From Giardia intestinalis (Eukaryota): a stretch of DNA of 64,000 nucleotides. Under the pieces are notes generated by a model, which had not been told where the DNA came from, searched no databases, and saw nothing but the letters and a program-made list of their open reading frames with translations. The position numbers and the translations under genes were made by a program. The stretch is taken from the NCBI GenBank assembly GCA_000002435.2, contig CM018793.1, one strand, 5' to 3'. Shown one piece after another: positions 12,001 through 21,600 of this stretch; position 1 is the first letter of the stretch, and each line of letters starts with the position of its first letter.

Positions 12001-15000
12001 CTGCCAAGACATTTCTAGCCACGGTCTTTCCTGTCAGAGTGTCTCCTACCGTCATTAGCCCATGTCTTATAATGTGAGTATCATAGATCTGGAGAATCTT
12101 GCTGACGTATTCAGCACACGGTTGAAGCCCTTTGGCTGAGAGAATTCGAACAATCTCTGCGTGTAACCCGCCGTGCTCCACAGAGGGAATCTGGACGCCG
12201 GGGAAGAGATCCTGGATAATGCCCATGAAGAGCTCGATATCGTCAACGAGGAACTTCGGCAAGTTGGCATCACGCATGGCCTGGATGAGGACTATGTCCT
12301 CGCTTAGGTGAATATACTTGCGCCGTAGCCCACCAGCCATGACAAGGACCGATTTGATCGCACGCATACCGAAATCGTAATGGCTCTGGTGCGATAGCTG
12401 CTCCGAGCTGAGCTTGTAGAGCTGCACCATCTTGCGGCTAAGGACCTTGGCCGTTGTAAAGCCCTCTGAGAAGAGAATGATCTCCGCAATTAAGGCGTAG
12501 TTGGGAACAACCATAGAGATAGGGCGGAAAAGTGCCTTCAGGTTATCCGGAAGCTCCACACGGCCCGCATACCCTGGGTTCATTGTGATGAATATACCGC
12601 AGCGCTTTGTCGGATCCCCGTTACCGACCGATATGTCTAGGCCATCTTCTGACGATCCTCCTGCGTTGAAGAGGAAGTGATCAGCGCCTGTAAGGATTGC
12701 CGTTTGAATGCAAAGGATCTGGGATGCTACGACAGAAAGAACCTCAACCTCAATGCGGTTGAACTCGTCAAAGCAGCTCCAAGCACCGCACATCACCAGG
12801 CCAATAAAGAACTTCCCCATGGCAGCAACATTGAGCCCCTCTGAACAGTTAAAGACGAGGCATTGGATGCTCATCGCTTTAGCAAGGTCCTTTGTCGACT
12901 CCGTCTTACCTGTGCCTGCAGGCCCCTGGGGGGCCCCGCCCATGAAGTTCGCCAGCGCCGACGTTAGCGTAATGAAGCATCTGTCCGTCAGTGGTGTGAG
13001 AACCAACCGTGTACTGATGCCCATGTACTCGTATCCGCACGTGAAAAATGAGTTTGTCTGTCGAATAACAAGATCTCCAGAGAATTCATCGGAATCCAAC
13101 TGAGAATGCGCTACCCTTTTCGCTTTATCATTATGGTGCCAATAGTAGCGGAGCTGCTTCAGCCACCCAAACTCTGATGGGATAAGACAATAGTTTTCTG
13201 AGGAGGAATCTAACAAAGAGCTTGTGACGTCACGGCTATGGACCTCTAAGACAATAAGCGTCGAGATGAGCCCCCGCTGCTGGCTGCTCAGATCTGTCAT
13301 GGTGAGGGAGACTAGTTCGTTAATCTGCTTCAGAAGATTTTCACTAAAGCGCTCCATAGCCTCTCTCCCACTAGATCCCTTTTCGGCATCGATGAGTAAG
13401 GCCTCTTCCACCCCATTACACCACACAGCTTGGCCAGCAGCCATGACACACTGCGCAGGATGGTCAAACATCCATTCTTTGCGTTGCTCTCCGACCCGAG
13501 GAGAAAAGCTTAGAGTGTGATACATGTTGTAGCGCACCGTATTCACCATTTCCTTTTCAAGCGCAGTGAGCCAGACTTCCACTAGTCCACCAGATGGAAC
13601 GACGCAGTTGACAAACATGACTTTTTCGCCCTCAGGAGAGATCATGGCAGTTATCTTCTTCTGGGGACCGGAGGCCGGTAACGAGGGCTCGTCCTCATCA
13701 GCATCTTCTGTAGTTGCCATTCGTTTGCGCCTTTTGGCACTAGCCGATGTGGTAGTTGTAAGTGGTTGCTCACCCAACTCCTCGAGCTCTATATCTCCAA
13801 TAGCTTCAAAGATTTTCCTAAGGAAGGGTCTAACAGTGCTGGGCTCCGTCGTCTGAGCAAGAATCTGGAGAAGTTCGTCGTTTGATAGGAAAAAGAAGCG
13901 TGGAAACGCAAGACGCTTGGACTCAAGGTAATCTTCGAGACGTTTCTGGATTACCTCCAGCTTTTCATTGGCAGCTGTCAACTCCTTAAGAAGGTCGTGG
14001 TTTGCAAGGGGCGTATTTGGGATCCCTGCATCCACGACTGTCATAATGCACGGGTTGCTTGCAACAGTCTCCATTAGCTTCTGCCAAAACGCATCAACCT
14101 GGGAGAAATCAGCGGACTCGCGTGGAAGCTGTCTGCGGATATCATCTGGTGCAAAGATGCTCTCCAGATACAGCCAGGTTTGCTGCATCTTGCACCATTC
14201 GTCTAGCACCTCAGCAAATGTACTGAGCTTCTTTTCCCATGACTCCACGGCCGGTTTGATCCCTGCAATGTATCTGGATCCAGCCATCGCTTGAAGAGTA
14301 GAGGTGGAGTCTTCCAGCTGCTGATAGATCTCCTCAACGCCAGAAATTATGTGGTGCAGGACACCAGAACGAGAGCTGTATTCCTTGACAGCCAGGACGG
14401 TTCCTTCCCATATACACCGTATTTTCTCCAGAGAAAGCTCTATGTTGCGCTCTCCGCTTGCAGTAGCAGAAATCGATGCTATCTCGGCGCGCTTATTCAG
14501 AACACCAGCATCTAGGAGCGTCTCAAACGAAAAACCCGAGTTATAGCTCAATGACCCTGGCTCCTTAGCAAATGGCTTCAGAGTCTCAAAGATCTTTTCC
14601 CAGTGGCGTGGCTTTAGGTTAATATTCCCCAGATCAGCGATTAGCTGGGACTTCTGCTTCATAGATGTAACAGCCCTCTTCAGTGCAGCTGCGACACCAT
14701 CCTCTGGGAGAAGTCTAGCGAACTTTGTCGAATCCTTAGTTGCTTCATTAATGAAGCTTAGACACGTTTCTGCACTGAGGTACTTGAACTTGGCAACAAT
14801 CGGGTCTACTTTTTTCTCTGTGTCATCAGCACTTTCGTCATGAGCATCGAGTGCATCATCGGCTGCCGCCTCTCCTTCAGCTGCGTCCTTTTCGCCTTCG
14901 ACTGCCGAGGCAACAGCAACGCCAGCTTCGTTAGGCTCTGCCTCTTCCAGTTTGCAGTTAATGACGGTGTCTATCCAAGAAGAGACCATAAGACGATCCT

Positions 15001-18000
15001 CGAATATGCGCCATTCGTGCATGCGTTTCCACATGCGACTTCGCAAGTCCAGATCTTGTTTGATCTGTGCGATGGTCCCTTTCAGCTCCGTCAGAGTCTC
15101 GATATTCGACATACAAACCAGCTGACTAGGAGTAGCATTCTGGCCTGGGGAAAGCTTAAGGGGCTCCTTCTTCGTCCTTGGCTTCTCAGGCTCGTCTTCG
15201 TCCTCTTCTGCTTCTGCGTCCCGATTATACCATCCCGTAAGGATGTCATTCTGATCAGACAATCCACCGTAGTGCTTTGTCATATCGTTAAGCGTCGCAC
15301 TCAACTCATCGATGTGGCTGACAACAGAGCGCGGATCGGCGTTAGAATCACAAGCAGATCCTGATAAAAGCGTGAGCCTAATGTCGTTGATGTCGTTGGT
15401 CGTCGTGGTGATCATTTCCTTGAGGGAAGATGCCATGACATAGTGCTGGTCCTTAACTAACTGGTCAGCCAACGCGCGCCTGTTCTGTAAAACCTGGAGC
15501 TCCCCATGAAGCGTATCAACAGAGGTGCGATCAGAAACAGAAACCTTAAGACCAAGGCCTGGAATTGACGGATTGAGTTTTGCATCCATAGTAAAGAGGT
15601 CGTCAACTGTCGTAGACACATCAAAAGCAACAAACATTTGATTAGGAGGGGTTGACTGGAGATTGTTCGGTGAGGTTAGCATAATTAGGATATCATCAGC
15701 CAGCTGGACCTCAGAGATGAGGTGCTCAATTTCCTTGTCGATCGATCGGTTATACTCTATGTAATTACAAAACTCTGTAAGAGTCTTCGGCTCGATAGAA
15801 AGGACCTTTGTGTGCGTTTTAAACGCAGTGGTGCACTTGGAAACGAGGTTGCGCAGGACAGAGAGAGCTGTATTCTCGACGGCCTTGAGCCCAATAAGGG
15901 GAACAGGCTGAAGAGTCTGCAGGAGGCTGCGCGCGTCTAGCTGCGTGAATCCTGTCGAAGTATTTGCAGCCATGCGCGAAAGAATCTGAGACCAGCCCCG
16001 GAAGATCGTGATTTGACGTTCCAGTGGTCGCGTGCCATAGGCTGCGCGTGCCGATTCAAATGTATCCTCCAAAAGGCGGCGATCCTCTAGTGGGACCTGT
16101 TGTGGATTAGGAGGATTTTTGAGGTAAGAGTGGAGCTTTGTGACTTTCTTGTTTGTTGTGGGATTCACAATGAAACTTGGTAGAAGGAGCTTTAGATCAC
16201 AGCTGAGCGTATCCTTGAACTTTGCCGCGTAGAGCTCCTCGTTCCAGGTGGAGAGAAAGGCGTGAATAGGATAAAGCTGAGAGTAGCTCTTCGAGAAGGC
16301 CTCCAGCTTTGCAATTTGCTCGGTCGAACTATCACGTATTACCTTGAGCGCCGCCTGGACCTCTGCATCGTTGCTGGCGATGGTTGAGATATTCTGAGGG
16401 TTGGGGAGCTGTTTGTTGGCTAGAATAAAGTATTCTCGGAGGGCGGCCAGCTGGCTGAGATGCGTCTGCTGTGAGCATACGTTAATGGCCTCCGAGACGG
16501 AGTCCAGAAGAGTAGCCTGTATCTCATGCAGGGGTGGATTAAATTGAACATCTCCAACGAGGGGAATCTCCTCGTAGCGCTTTCCTGGGGGAATTTCTTG
16601 GAAGAATATTTCTGAGATAATAAGTCCGGGCGTGGCCGGAGGAGGGTTTGCAACTGCGTTTGCTAGATTCAGGGTGCTGGCATAAATCATTTCGAGCATG
16701 GCCTCATTGTACAAAAAGTCACAGAGCACTATGAAGTCGGAGATAGTCACAAGTTCAAACTGAGCCTGCTGTATTGCTCGGCGTCTGTGGAGCTGCTCGG
16801 CTTTTGTAGCGGTAATGGACTTGACCTTTGCTATCTTCTGCCGCATAAAAAGTGGAAGCTTGGCCTGGTCCATCTCGTCATCGTCACTCGCCCTCTTTCG
16901 CAGCTCATTGCAAAGAGCGGTGATCTCGGTGAGTATGCTGTCGTTGGCTGCGTCCAAGGATTCAGACACTGTGCGCTTTGTGTGTATTTGCGCAGCCTTC
17001 CACGCCTGCAGAGGCTGCGCGATGCCAGAAGGCAGCGAGGGCACGTCTCCTGACCCGGAAGTGGTGAGGCCCTGCGCGGATGCGCTGATGGCACTTTCAT
17101 CTGCATCATCACGCTTGGGTGCAGTAGTGTTCGAGGTAGCCCGCAAGTCAATACATTGAGACATCTTGATGTCATACAGTATAGCCCATATGGTCTTGAG
17201 AGACTGCAGGAAGTGTGGCCTGGATAGGAAAAGAGACTTAGTAATACTCTTGCGATTACGACAGTAGCGTTTGTACTTTCGGAAAGCTATCCATGTCTGT
17301 AGGGTCTTGAGCTGATAGAAGTGCTTAAAAAACTTGTAGTTCCGCAGTATGTCAAAGTTAGACGCCTCCAATATCCATCTATCCAGCATGGTAAACTCGG
17401 AAGCATCGTCGTGGAATGCCGTCACGAGGTCGCTCTCTATTGTCCTACTGAGGATGTTTGGGTCGGTCTGTTCTGGCTTCCGGCGGTGGCTCTTGTCGCC
17501 CCTAATTCCTGTGTCGATGCCGGAGCTGCGGTGCTGGAAGCCATCATTGGAAGAAGCGTCCCCAACAGCGTCGCAATGCACCCTGCTGGTAGCATCATTG
17601 CCGTCGCTAGCTCCGTCTGACCCTGCACAAGGGTCGAGTGCAAAAAAATCAGTGTCTGTGCCGCCGGGAATTCCATCCTGGCGCAATGGATGTGCTAAGT
17701 TTTTATCGACTGTCTTTTCAAGTTTGTAGAGGCTCGGATTAAGAGTGCTCTTGTCATTGATCATGTCGTAGACCTTTAAAACCTTGACGTCACTATTGAC
17801 CACACGCATGACGCCGTTCTGGGATATTGTGTAGTAGACAGGAAGCTTCTTTGCGACGTCACCGTCAATGACGCGTAGGCTGTAGGGGTTATATACCTTG
17901 TCAACCGGGGTGGTGGTGGGCGAGCAATAGACAATCTTGACGACTGCCTTGTCGGGCGTCCGTGCAAAGTATGCAATGACGTCAGCGCCCGTTTTCATGC

Positions 18001-18433
18001 CGCCCACGAGTCTCTCAGATGTAATAATCTTCTTGGTTTCTGCATTACGGGTGCGCAGAGTCTTAGACGCATTTGATATAATTGCTGGGCGCGCATTCTT
18101 GAGCATCCCAGGCGGTAGGGACGCTTCTGAGTGCATCTCAAGGCGGTGCAGAAGACTGCCTGGAGCCCCTCGAATCGTGCACTCCCCGGTCCCGAGCGTC
18201 CGGGTGCATGCGCAATCAAGGGTTTCGTCGGCTGGTGTGATATGTGCTGGTCGCACAGGGTCGAGGTCGAAGGGGGCATACTCCTCCTCGTTGTACGTGA
18301 AGAGCTGATCGGAGAGATGCGGCGTTTGGCGCGATGCGTGCTCCTGGGCTCTCACCAGCTCCATGAAGTACTCTGCGCTGGATGCGTGCCTAGGGGCACC
18401 CTCGCGACGGGCCGGAGTGTCTTGGCGAGACAT
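3080..18433 (-). CDS. Dynein heavy chain (5117 aa)
   Basis: A single uninterrupted 15,354-nt ORF. AAA1 Walker A GPAGTGKTESTKDLAKA. Further P-loops GPTGTSKTS and GLSGSGRRS. Dynein-typical linker, stalk coiled coils and C-terminal domain. The upstream sequence aaaaaagcATG is a Giardia-type AT-rich initiator. Class (axonemal, IFT or cytoplasmic) is not assignable by eye. Confidence 0.95.
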   Translation of the reverse strand: MSRQDTPARREGAPRHASSAEYFMELVRAQEHASRQTPHLSDQLFTYNEEEYAPFDLDPVRPAHITPADETLDCACTRTLGTGECTIRGAPGSLLHRLEMHSEASLPPGMLKNARPAIISNASKTLRTRNAETKKIITSERLVGGMKTGADVIAYFARTPDKAVVKIVYCSPTTTPVDKVYNPYSLRVIDGDVAKKLPVYYTISQNGVMRVVNSDVKVLKVYDMINDKSTLNPSLYKLEKTVDKNLAHPLRQDGIPGGTDTDFFALDPCAGSDGASDGNDATSRVHCDAVGDASSNDGFQHRSSGIDTGIRGDKSHRRKPEQTDPNILSRTIESDLVTAFHDDASEFTMLDRWILEASNFDILRNYKFFKHFYQLKTLQTWIAFRKYKRYCRNRKSITKSLFLSRPHFLQSLKTIWAILYDIKMSQCIDLRATSNTTAPKRDDADESAISASAQGLTTSGSGDVPSLPSGIAQPLQAWKAAQIHTKRTVSESLDAANDSILTEITALCNELRKRASDDDEMDQAKLPLFMRQKIAKVKSITATKAEQLHRRRAIQQAQFELVTISDFIVLCDFLYNEAMLEMIYASTLNLANAVANPPPATPGLIISEIFFQEIPPGKRYEEIPLVGDVQFNPPLHEIQATLLDSVSEAINVCSQQTHLSQLAALREYFILANKQLPNPQNISTIASNDAEVQAALKVIRDSSTEQIAKLEAFSKSYSQLYPIHAFLSTWNEELYAAKFKDTLSCDLKLLLPSFIVNPTTNKKVTKLHSYLKNPPNPQQVPLEDRRLLEDTFESARAAYGTRPLERQITIFRGWSQILSRMAANTSTGFTQLDARSLLQTLQPVPLIGLKAVENTALSVLRNLVSKCTTAFKTHTKVLSIEPKTLTEFCNYIEYNRSIDKEIEHLISEVQLADDILIMLTSPNNLQSTPPNQMFVAFDVSTTVDDLFTMDAKLNPSIPGLGLKVSVSDRTSVDTLHGELQVLQNRRALADQLVKDQHYVMASSLKEMITTTTNDINDIRLTLLSGSACDSNADPRSVVSHIDELSATLNDMTKHYGGLSDQNDILTGWYNRDAEAEEDEDEPEKPRTKKEPLKLSPGQNATPSQLVCMSNIETLTELKGTIAQIKQDLDLRSRMWKRMHEWRIFEDRLMVSSWIDTVINCKLEEAEPNEAGVAVASAVEGEKDAAEGEAAADDALDAHDESADDTEKKVDPIVAKFKYLSAETCLSFINEATKDSTKFARLLPEDGVAAALKRAVTSMKQKSQLIADLGNINLKPRHWEKIFETLKPFAKEPGSLSYNSGFSFETLLDAGVLNKRAEIASISATASGERNIELSLEKIRCIWEGTVLAVKEYSSRSGVLHHIISGVEEIYQQLEDSTSTLQAMAGSRYIAGIKPAVESWEKKLSTFAEVLDEWCKMQQTWLYLESIFAPDDIRRQLPRESADFSQVDAFWQKLMETVASNPCIMTVVDAGIPNTPLANHDLLKELTAANEKLEVIQKRLEDYLESKRLAFPRFFFLSNDELLQILAQTTEPSTVRPFLRKIFEAIGDIELEELGEQPLTTTTSASAKRRKRMATTEDADEDEPSLPASGPQKKITAMISPEGEKVMFVNCVVPSGGLVEVWLTALEKEMVNTVRYNMYHTLSFSPRVGEQRKEWMFDHPAQCVMAAGQAVWCNGVEEALLIDAEKGSSGREAMERFSENLLKQINELVSLTMTDLSSQQRGLISTLIVLEVHSRDVTSSLLDSSSENYCLIPSEFGWLKQLRYYWHHNDKAKRVAHSQLDSDEFSGDLVIRQTNSFFTCGYEYMGISTRLVLTPLTDRCFITLTSALANFMGGAPQGPAGTGKTESTKDLAKAMSIQCLVFNCSEGLNVAAMGKFFIGLVMCGAWSCFDEFNRIEVEVLSVVASQILCIQTAILTGADHFLFNAGGSSEDGLDISVGNGDPTKRCGIFITMNPGYAGRVELPDNLKALFRPISMVVPNYALIAEIILFSEGFTTAKVLSRKMVQLYKLSSEQLSHQSHYDFGMRAIKSVLVMAGGLRRKYIHLSEDIVLIQAMRDANLPKFLVDDIELFMGIIQDLFPGVQIPSVEHGGLHAEIVRILSAKGLQPCAEYVSKILQIYDTHIIRHGLMTVGDTLTGKTVARNVLADAITAIAEQRAAQNMDPDGYHPVAQYVLNSKAVTMPELYGEFNSISHDWTDGLIAVIARKMIDPNNAHLKHWICFDSPVDALWIENLNTTLDDNKMICLANGERIRLHNKVNLFFEVADLSQASPATVSRCGMIYFSDDFIGYNNLLKSLIVDNCSNFAQKVLALVCLEEFSLDLFELRDAARVLMDSTTLLPDEEDENIDEYKPDLPVADAHGTEPLIDNQSPAQSGDAQTVELSVPTYPRPLRQFQTFEQLLHKLTVQLLARLHRQLCMVYPKVISFLRNDCREEMRTVDFQLVFSLYQILEAAVSERVAFTKDKVAEIAMQKKIQEQYEAASAINRERVQSASRNTASSGAPELATGQAADTVLAEKTAISTFLERLPPPEVLTSRAMSGIAPVVSIILEQRIIFAIAWGLAGSIVAEHKINLDKFLRTLLTSPKEFASSGDMPAEISSLAVALPPDHLPGGQPASIYDWKLDNQTRGYSPWDTGTMATLFGSKKFDPLVLQQGGSVYDMIVPTPDFIKMCAVTQSLLRNGNNIFLCGPTGTSKTSIVKTIFNRCIGNIELNKKPAESKKSADTKEEEEPTAVVPNEEQRDFTQEAAYLNANTLEFPMSAQTRAAAVENAIIEKMEKKRKTLFCPANQRKSFYVFIDDSTMPTPDTYGSQPPIEILRQIISESGCYDRQKLVFRTLEGLQFLCASQPPGGGRNEVTRRFSGKFVVLSCPELTDSAMISIFGNLLQGFMASTGESSKTFSPEVRKSLRTCVEFVVRLYSATKQEIRATPLKSHYSFNVRDIARVVGGVFSTTPHEVTSLPSLVTLLVHESYRVFRDRLVDDKDCGTFDKVLLKNIWYFFEDRIVQFEQKTSNASEDGKKELDEGAEEDEYYIELDFEEPVQRSDDEVQRLAALEQKVYTDEELGSMLERINLWTGCPIQCTELIYGRWANPGGTYGDGVYCPYRNLFNQTRDVENCLNYYVDSISEVQEDPPPSAGAKSQVDFQELLDNAIQNDDSAGSARLVMFHDAILHFSRLFRVITQPRGHMLMIGLSGSGRRSLVRLAAFAAGAKVVYPAASKLYGLNEFNEDLKRCMLTSGCENVPTILLLSESQLDPHDHFLEILNGILNGVALPMSLWKPDEKEKIMQKTIELASVADDDNESSSKRSFLPHELWQLFYRNARSNFHVCLCLSPIGESLRRRLRMFPALSSCMTIDWFANWNAEALAGVAMYELNSIHPAFLGADQSAASETPTSAPHSREGKPRTDKLLALKQSIAEACVVMHGSTEASSEQYFAQTKSRIYITPPLFLSFIRLFKRIFAKSVGKLKVRESILQSGLTKLVSTREQVSEMQKTLTNLQPVLADSVAKTEALLVNLSSETEEVNKIRTVVQAEEQEVAKVAAEAEEIKDDAQRDLDTAMPAFNAAINSLKSLNKNDISELKSFKSPPELVRYVMEAVCILMETPKQDWDTAQKVLSKTDFLQSLMTFDKDNIKPKTLRSLRKYTQNPDFDPAKVEKVSKAAKSLCMWCRAIDIYAKVFAEIEPKRERLAQAEQTLKTQQEALAVKQKDLAAIVAKLDALQASYDESIANRTRLESEIEETQVRLDRAEKLIAGLANEYDAWIAGIADINQRLKTAIGDALLGAGYIAYLGPFSADERGNVLAQWKATAFNGIDFSPNFALTEYPAVADPREIRNWKEQCTLPSDNGSVESAIIATQGTRFSLLIDPECQGVRFLKRLEEKNGLQLTSGTAVDNMMRTLENSIRLGSPVLIENLQDDIDGSVMSVLRKELIKKGGQCTIKIGENEVEYNPDFNLYLATRKRQPNYNPDIQSSASVVNMAVSSKGLEEQLLSLVVTVEDAQLEREKDTIASQLAEGRETLTQLQDKLLDMLANATGNLLDDENLINALQDSKQTQKRIDEQVVNAEQTAKRVDALRERFRPVAQRGRILYEVIASLSTLDSMYIYSLDFFKMLFTRTLSKLQSLADETSGVSHAAESSRRSDNRSYIGTNEPSASAGLLLDDDEQSQRNQMAESNIGVPDRLLAADASFESDESAILQRKIGSMISAITEAAYGAICRGIFEKHKRIFSFMVAVSIQRASGALTGREWAIFKNVEINEKQSEVPDDFYSHMLATLQFGQDGSKYANINAIYKVLHACLAYDEFLSSSRDDPEGWKAWLESDDLELVVDMARGNYNGKRPFSLSVSAFIRSLAPFQRLMLLKAINPGRLMFYIPQYIADTIGEYYVQPPQFRMEQAYLDTSFSTPTIFVLSAGTDPHAQLVAFSKEKGADKGLRTLSLGQGQGVIAERMLARAIIEGDWVCLQNCHLCLSWMPNLARFVENLATMDQDGCDITGAAINRDFRLFLTSLPTSKFPQSVLSSSVKISHEPPRGLKANLILSYMGLTEELHDSVPEAPAVLRHWHRLIFGVAFFYSSLLERKRFGSVAYNNPYEFSIPDLEISRKFIRQYLVDSAVALQLTESTVGTSNILGQSSGQNFLKSLSNAVPYQTLQYMVGVIAFGGRVTDSLDQRCINAILSCIINPELFTDQPELFLEEGQESKVSPSGKVYKAPNPEMSLASTIEWLTHEFPVEASPSLFGLHANAELTYQHSEANLIVDSVLSMSPKEADVAIENEERKKRIESAKAQSKAPAIESDASSKGQEPEIQDGGDDESMSPADKQVLKFASSLFDRIPADLLPSNIHIPPRISVVSNGKAVKMPSPLYAVLKQESERYNKLLALVRVAFQDVGKAIKGLAIMSPQLEDVYQCILLNKIPRMITDVCYPTLKPLSSWIVDLIDRVQFMADWIELDREKGVDYRVDDFRWQIKGYVPKTFWIGAFFFPHGLLTAELQHYSRIEGIPIDALAISTTVLTTTEVDTMVAPDRNDPGLIITGLYVESAQWDAEAKELTEPVYGQMITSLGPVWFAPCTELDKEKMYAMPLYTTTLRYGVLSTTGTSTNYVLNMHLPTSKDPRHWILRGAAAFIQRSD

Positions 18434-18638
18434 GCTTTTTTGTCCTGACTCGGATTTTGTGCTGAATTTACATGTTGCTATTTATGAAACAAAGCTCACG
18501 CATACACAGGCTCCGGAAAAATAAATGTAGCGAACCCACGCGCAAGCGTTGCTACGAGGCGATGGAGACAAAAGCAGTTACGTTCGCAACTCTCTGAGGG
18601 TTCCTGATGCTTCCTTGGATGTCCGAGCCTTCCTTTAC

Positions 18639-21600
18639 TTAATCGACCGGCTGCAGGTGCGGCAGCATCGCCTTCAGGGCGGCTCCGCAGTCTTGCAGGT
18701 TCGTCGACATGTGCGCCGTCCGGAGGCGCGCGTACGCCTTTCCGTTGACCTCTGATTCACAGTGCAGTGAGTTGAGCCTCGTCGTCACGGAGCTTACAGA
18801 CGTCGGATGCGCATTGTGGATCGTGGCAAGAGTGATGTCTGTGAGCCGCGCCATTTGCTGGACAGCTAGCAGGGGGTTTTGGTAGACACCAAAGACACCA
18901 AACGACGAGCTTGCCGGGTTCCAGTCAAAGAGGGTGCCGGTCCGCGTGAGTGAATCAAAGACGATCCCCTCTTTCATCAAGGCCACCATAAAGGCCGTTC
19001 TGTTGATGGTCTGAAGGTCGCGATGCCAGAGGAAGGGAAGCGAAAGAACCACCATCGGGGCCTTAGTGATCTGTCGTTTCACAAGGGAAGTGTCATTGCG
19101 ACTTAGAACCCCGTTGATGCTGTCCCACGAGAGGTCTGCAAGGGCCATTGCCGAATAAAGATGGCAGATACCGGGAGTGAACCCGAACGATATGTTAACG
19201 AGAACCGCTGTGCTCCCGCTCTGGCTGGTATAGACGCGGTCGTTGATAGAGGGAGACACGGATTCATCGCCACGCGTTTGCGCATTAAGGCTGGAACAAG
19301 GAGGTCTTGTCCTTGTGGTGCCAAAGACTGTCGGAGACAAAAGGCTATTGAAGTGCGCCACTTCACTGTCATAAACCTTAACACAGTCGCTTGCAGATAA
19401 AACTTGGAAAGGATTCGGGCTGACGCTCATCGACTGCGTGGCCGGCGATCTTATAGACGGGGATGCCGTGGAGGGGAGGGTGCTACGCGTGGAAGTACTT
19501 CCCACGCTTATGTTGCTTAGATGTTGGCTTTCTCCTGCCGAAACCTTCGTACCCTCGGCATAAAGATAGTGGAGGACCACTACGCCGTGAATTCCATAGT
19601 CAATCAGCTTAGCAATAGTGTTGGCTGACTGCCTCTTTAGGGTGAAATAGATAGAGTCTGGAGCAGGTGATATGGTGCCAAAGGACCGTGTAGGAAGATG
19701 CGTCCCTGCCAGTGAGGAAGAAATGTCAACACTAGAGCCCAAGTATGTCACAACGGGCCGCTCGGAAGGTTCTATGTAAATGATAAGCCGCGCAGCCACA
19801 AAGGATTGCTGCAAATCCGCTTTTCTTGCTGATAAGATGTAATAATCGCCCACCCCTAGACTTGAACATATGTTCTTCACCACTCGTTCGTGGGGTTGCT
19901 CTGCATCTGTGATCGGGAGGATGGGATACAGCATGATTCGCCGAGTATGCTTAGACTCTCGTGTAAGACAGTACGATCGCATCCCTGCCAGCCCATACAG
20001 CACAGCTTCTGAAAAGACGTTAGCAAGGCCAGGAGTGAAGGGTGCAATGATGTACTCCGTATCGCTGGAAACCGATCTCTCGTTTCTTAGATACTTGTGG
20101 AGTTCGGAAATAGACTCAACAGCGAAGATTTGCGACTCATGGATGGACGTGAGGACAAGGTCTCTGCAATTAATTCGCTGGCTATGAAGAAGCATTGTTG
20201 TCGGTAACCTGAACGTCCTGGTGAGAGCATAAAGCTCAAAATCCGAGACGGAGTCGATGTTGGAAGAGAAGTATGGCAGAATCTCTAGGTCTTTGGAGCC
20301 TTGTAGTCGCAAGGCTTCCAAGCACACCTTATCAACGGCTCTTTGTAGCTCTTCGATAGTATCTGGAGACGACAGAAGCAGTGAGATGATAGACCCTGTA
20401 TAAGATAGGGTGACAGGGCGGTCGAATGCGTTCGCCTCCAGCGTTGACAAGAGAGTAGGGTGAATAATCACCAGCTTAGTCTTAACAAGAGTGGATAGCT
20501 GAGCTGGGAAAAAGAGGTTTTGATAGTTGCCAGCTAAAGAGGAGCCGTCAGCGTGAGTTGACGCTGAGGCTGCGCCATGCGTAACTGAATCAGGATAGGC
20601 CTCGGTGAAGGGAGTCGGGGAGGTCTGAGAGGCCCGGGGACCTGGCGTATCACTGAGAGTCTTGTTGGCGTGGAGTGGAGAGCTGTGTCTGGAAGGCACC
20701 TCTGGGCTAGGACAGCGCAGCAAGCTGTGGAGCATCTGGTTCCTTTTAAGGAGCATAGACTCTTGGGTAATACCAGTTAGAATAGATTCTATATATGCAA
20801 GAGAGACAGAATGCTCAGCCACAACAACGAGCTTTAGAACAGTTGGGTCGAGTAGGAAGTGAACGAGACTGAGCGGGCAGAAGGAAAAGCCCATGCTCGG
20901 GGTACTGTAGGAGTTGAAGAGAATCGCAGACTCGCCTCCGACGCTTGCGGGCGTAGACAGAAGAACGATGGGTACGGTGAACTTTCGAGGCCGAATCTCT
21001 AGGGCCCCTGTCTGCCGGGACCGCGCATCATCAAAGAGCACCCTTTCTACTCTATCATAGCAGACCGGCATGAAGTAACTAACAATAGGTTCATTGTATT
21101 TATGCTTAGAGAAGATAAATGCATCATAAGCCACGCTAGACGAGCGGCGCGCCACGCTCAAGGCACACAACTTGGCCAGGAATGCTTCTTGATGCTTCAA
21201 GAAAGTATTGCGTGCCCTGTCCGCTACCTTTGCACGGCGCTCTGCATAGGCACACCTGGCCAAGGAGCCTCTGTAGTGAGCCTGGAAAGCCAGGGCTGCA
21301 AGCCGGATGGTCACAAACCAAGTGCGCCGAGTGAGCATTCTGTACACAGATTGGACGACCAAGGCTGCTTTCAGTTCGGCTGGCCTATCGGTGCTGAGGG
21401 TTCTGCAGATAGGGTCGGCCACTTGACTGTCTTGAAAATTCGAAGGGCTGGCATGCAACTCAACACTTGCTCCTGCGGTTGTATTGGTCACCGATAAATT
21501 GCTCATGGAAAGACTCGCAGAGTCCTTCAAAGACTGAGTGCTTGAAGCTATATATTTAATGGCGGACTTAGTACTGCTCAAAGGTCCCAGGACATGCATC

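Noticed and set aside
3080-18433. Dozens of ORFs of 60-200 aa on the plus strand inside the dynein gene (for example 10079..10702 and 14840..15364).
   Set aside because: They are scattered across frames, overlap a 15-kb gene with unmistakable dynein motifs, and are the expected product of GC-biased antisense sequence.
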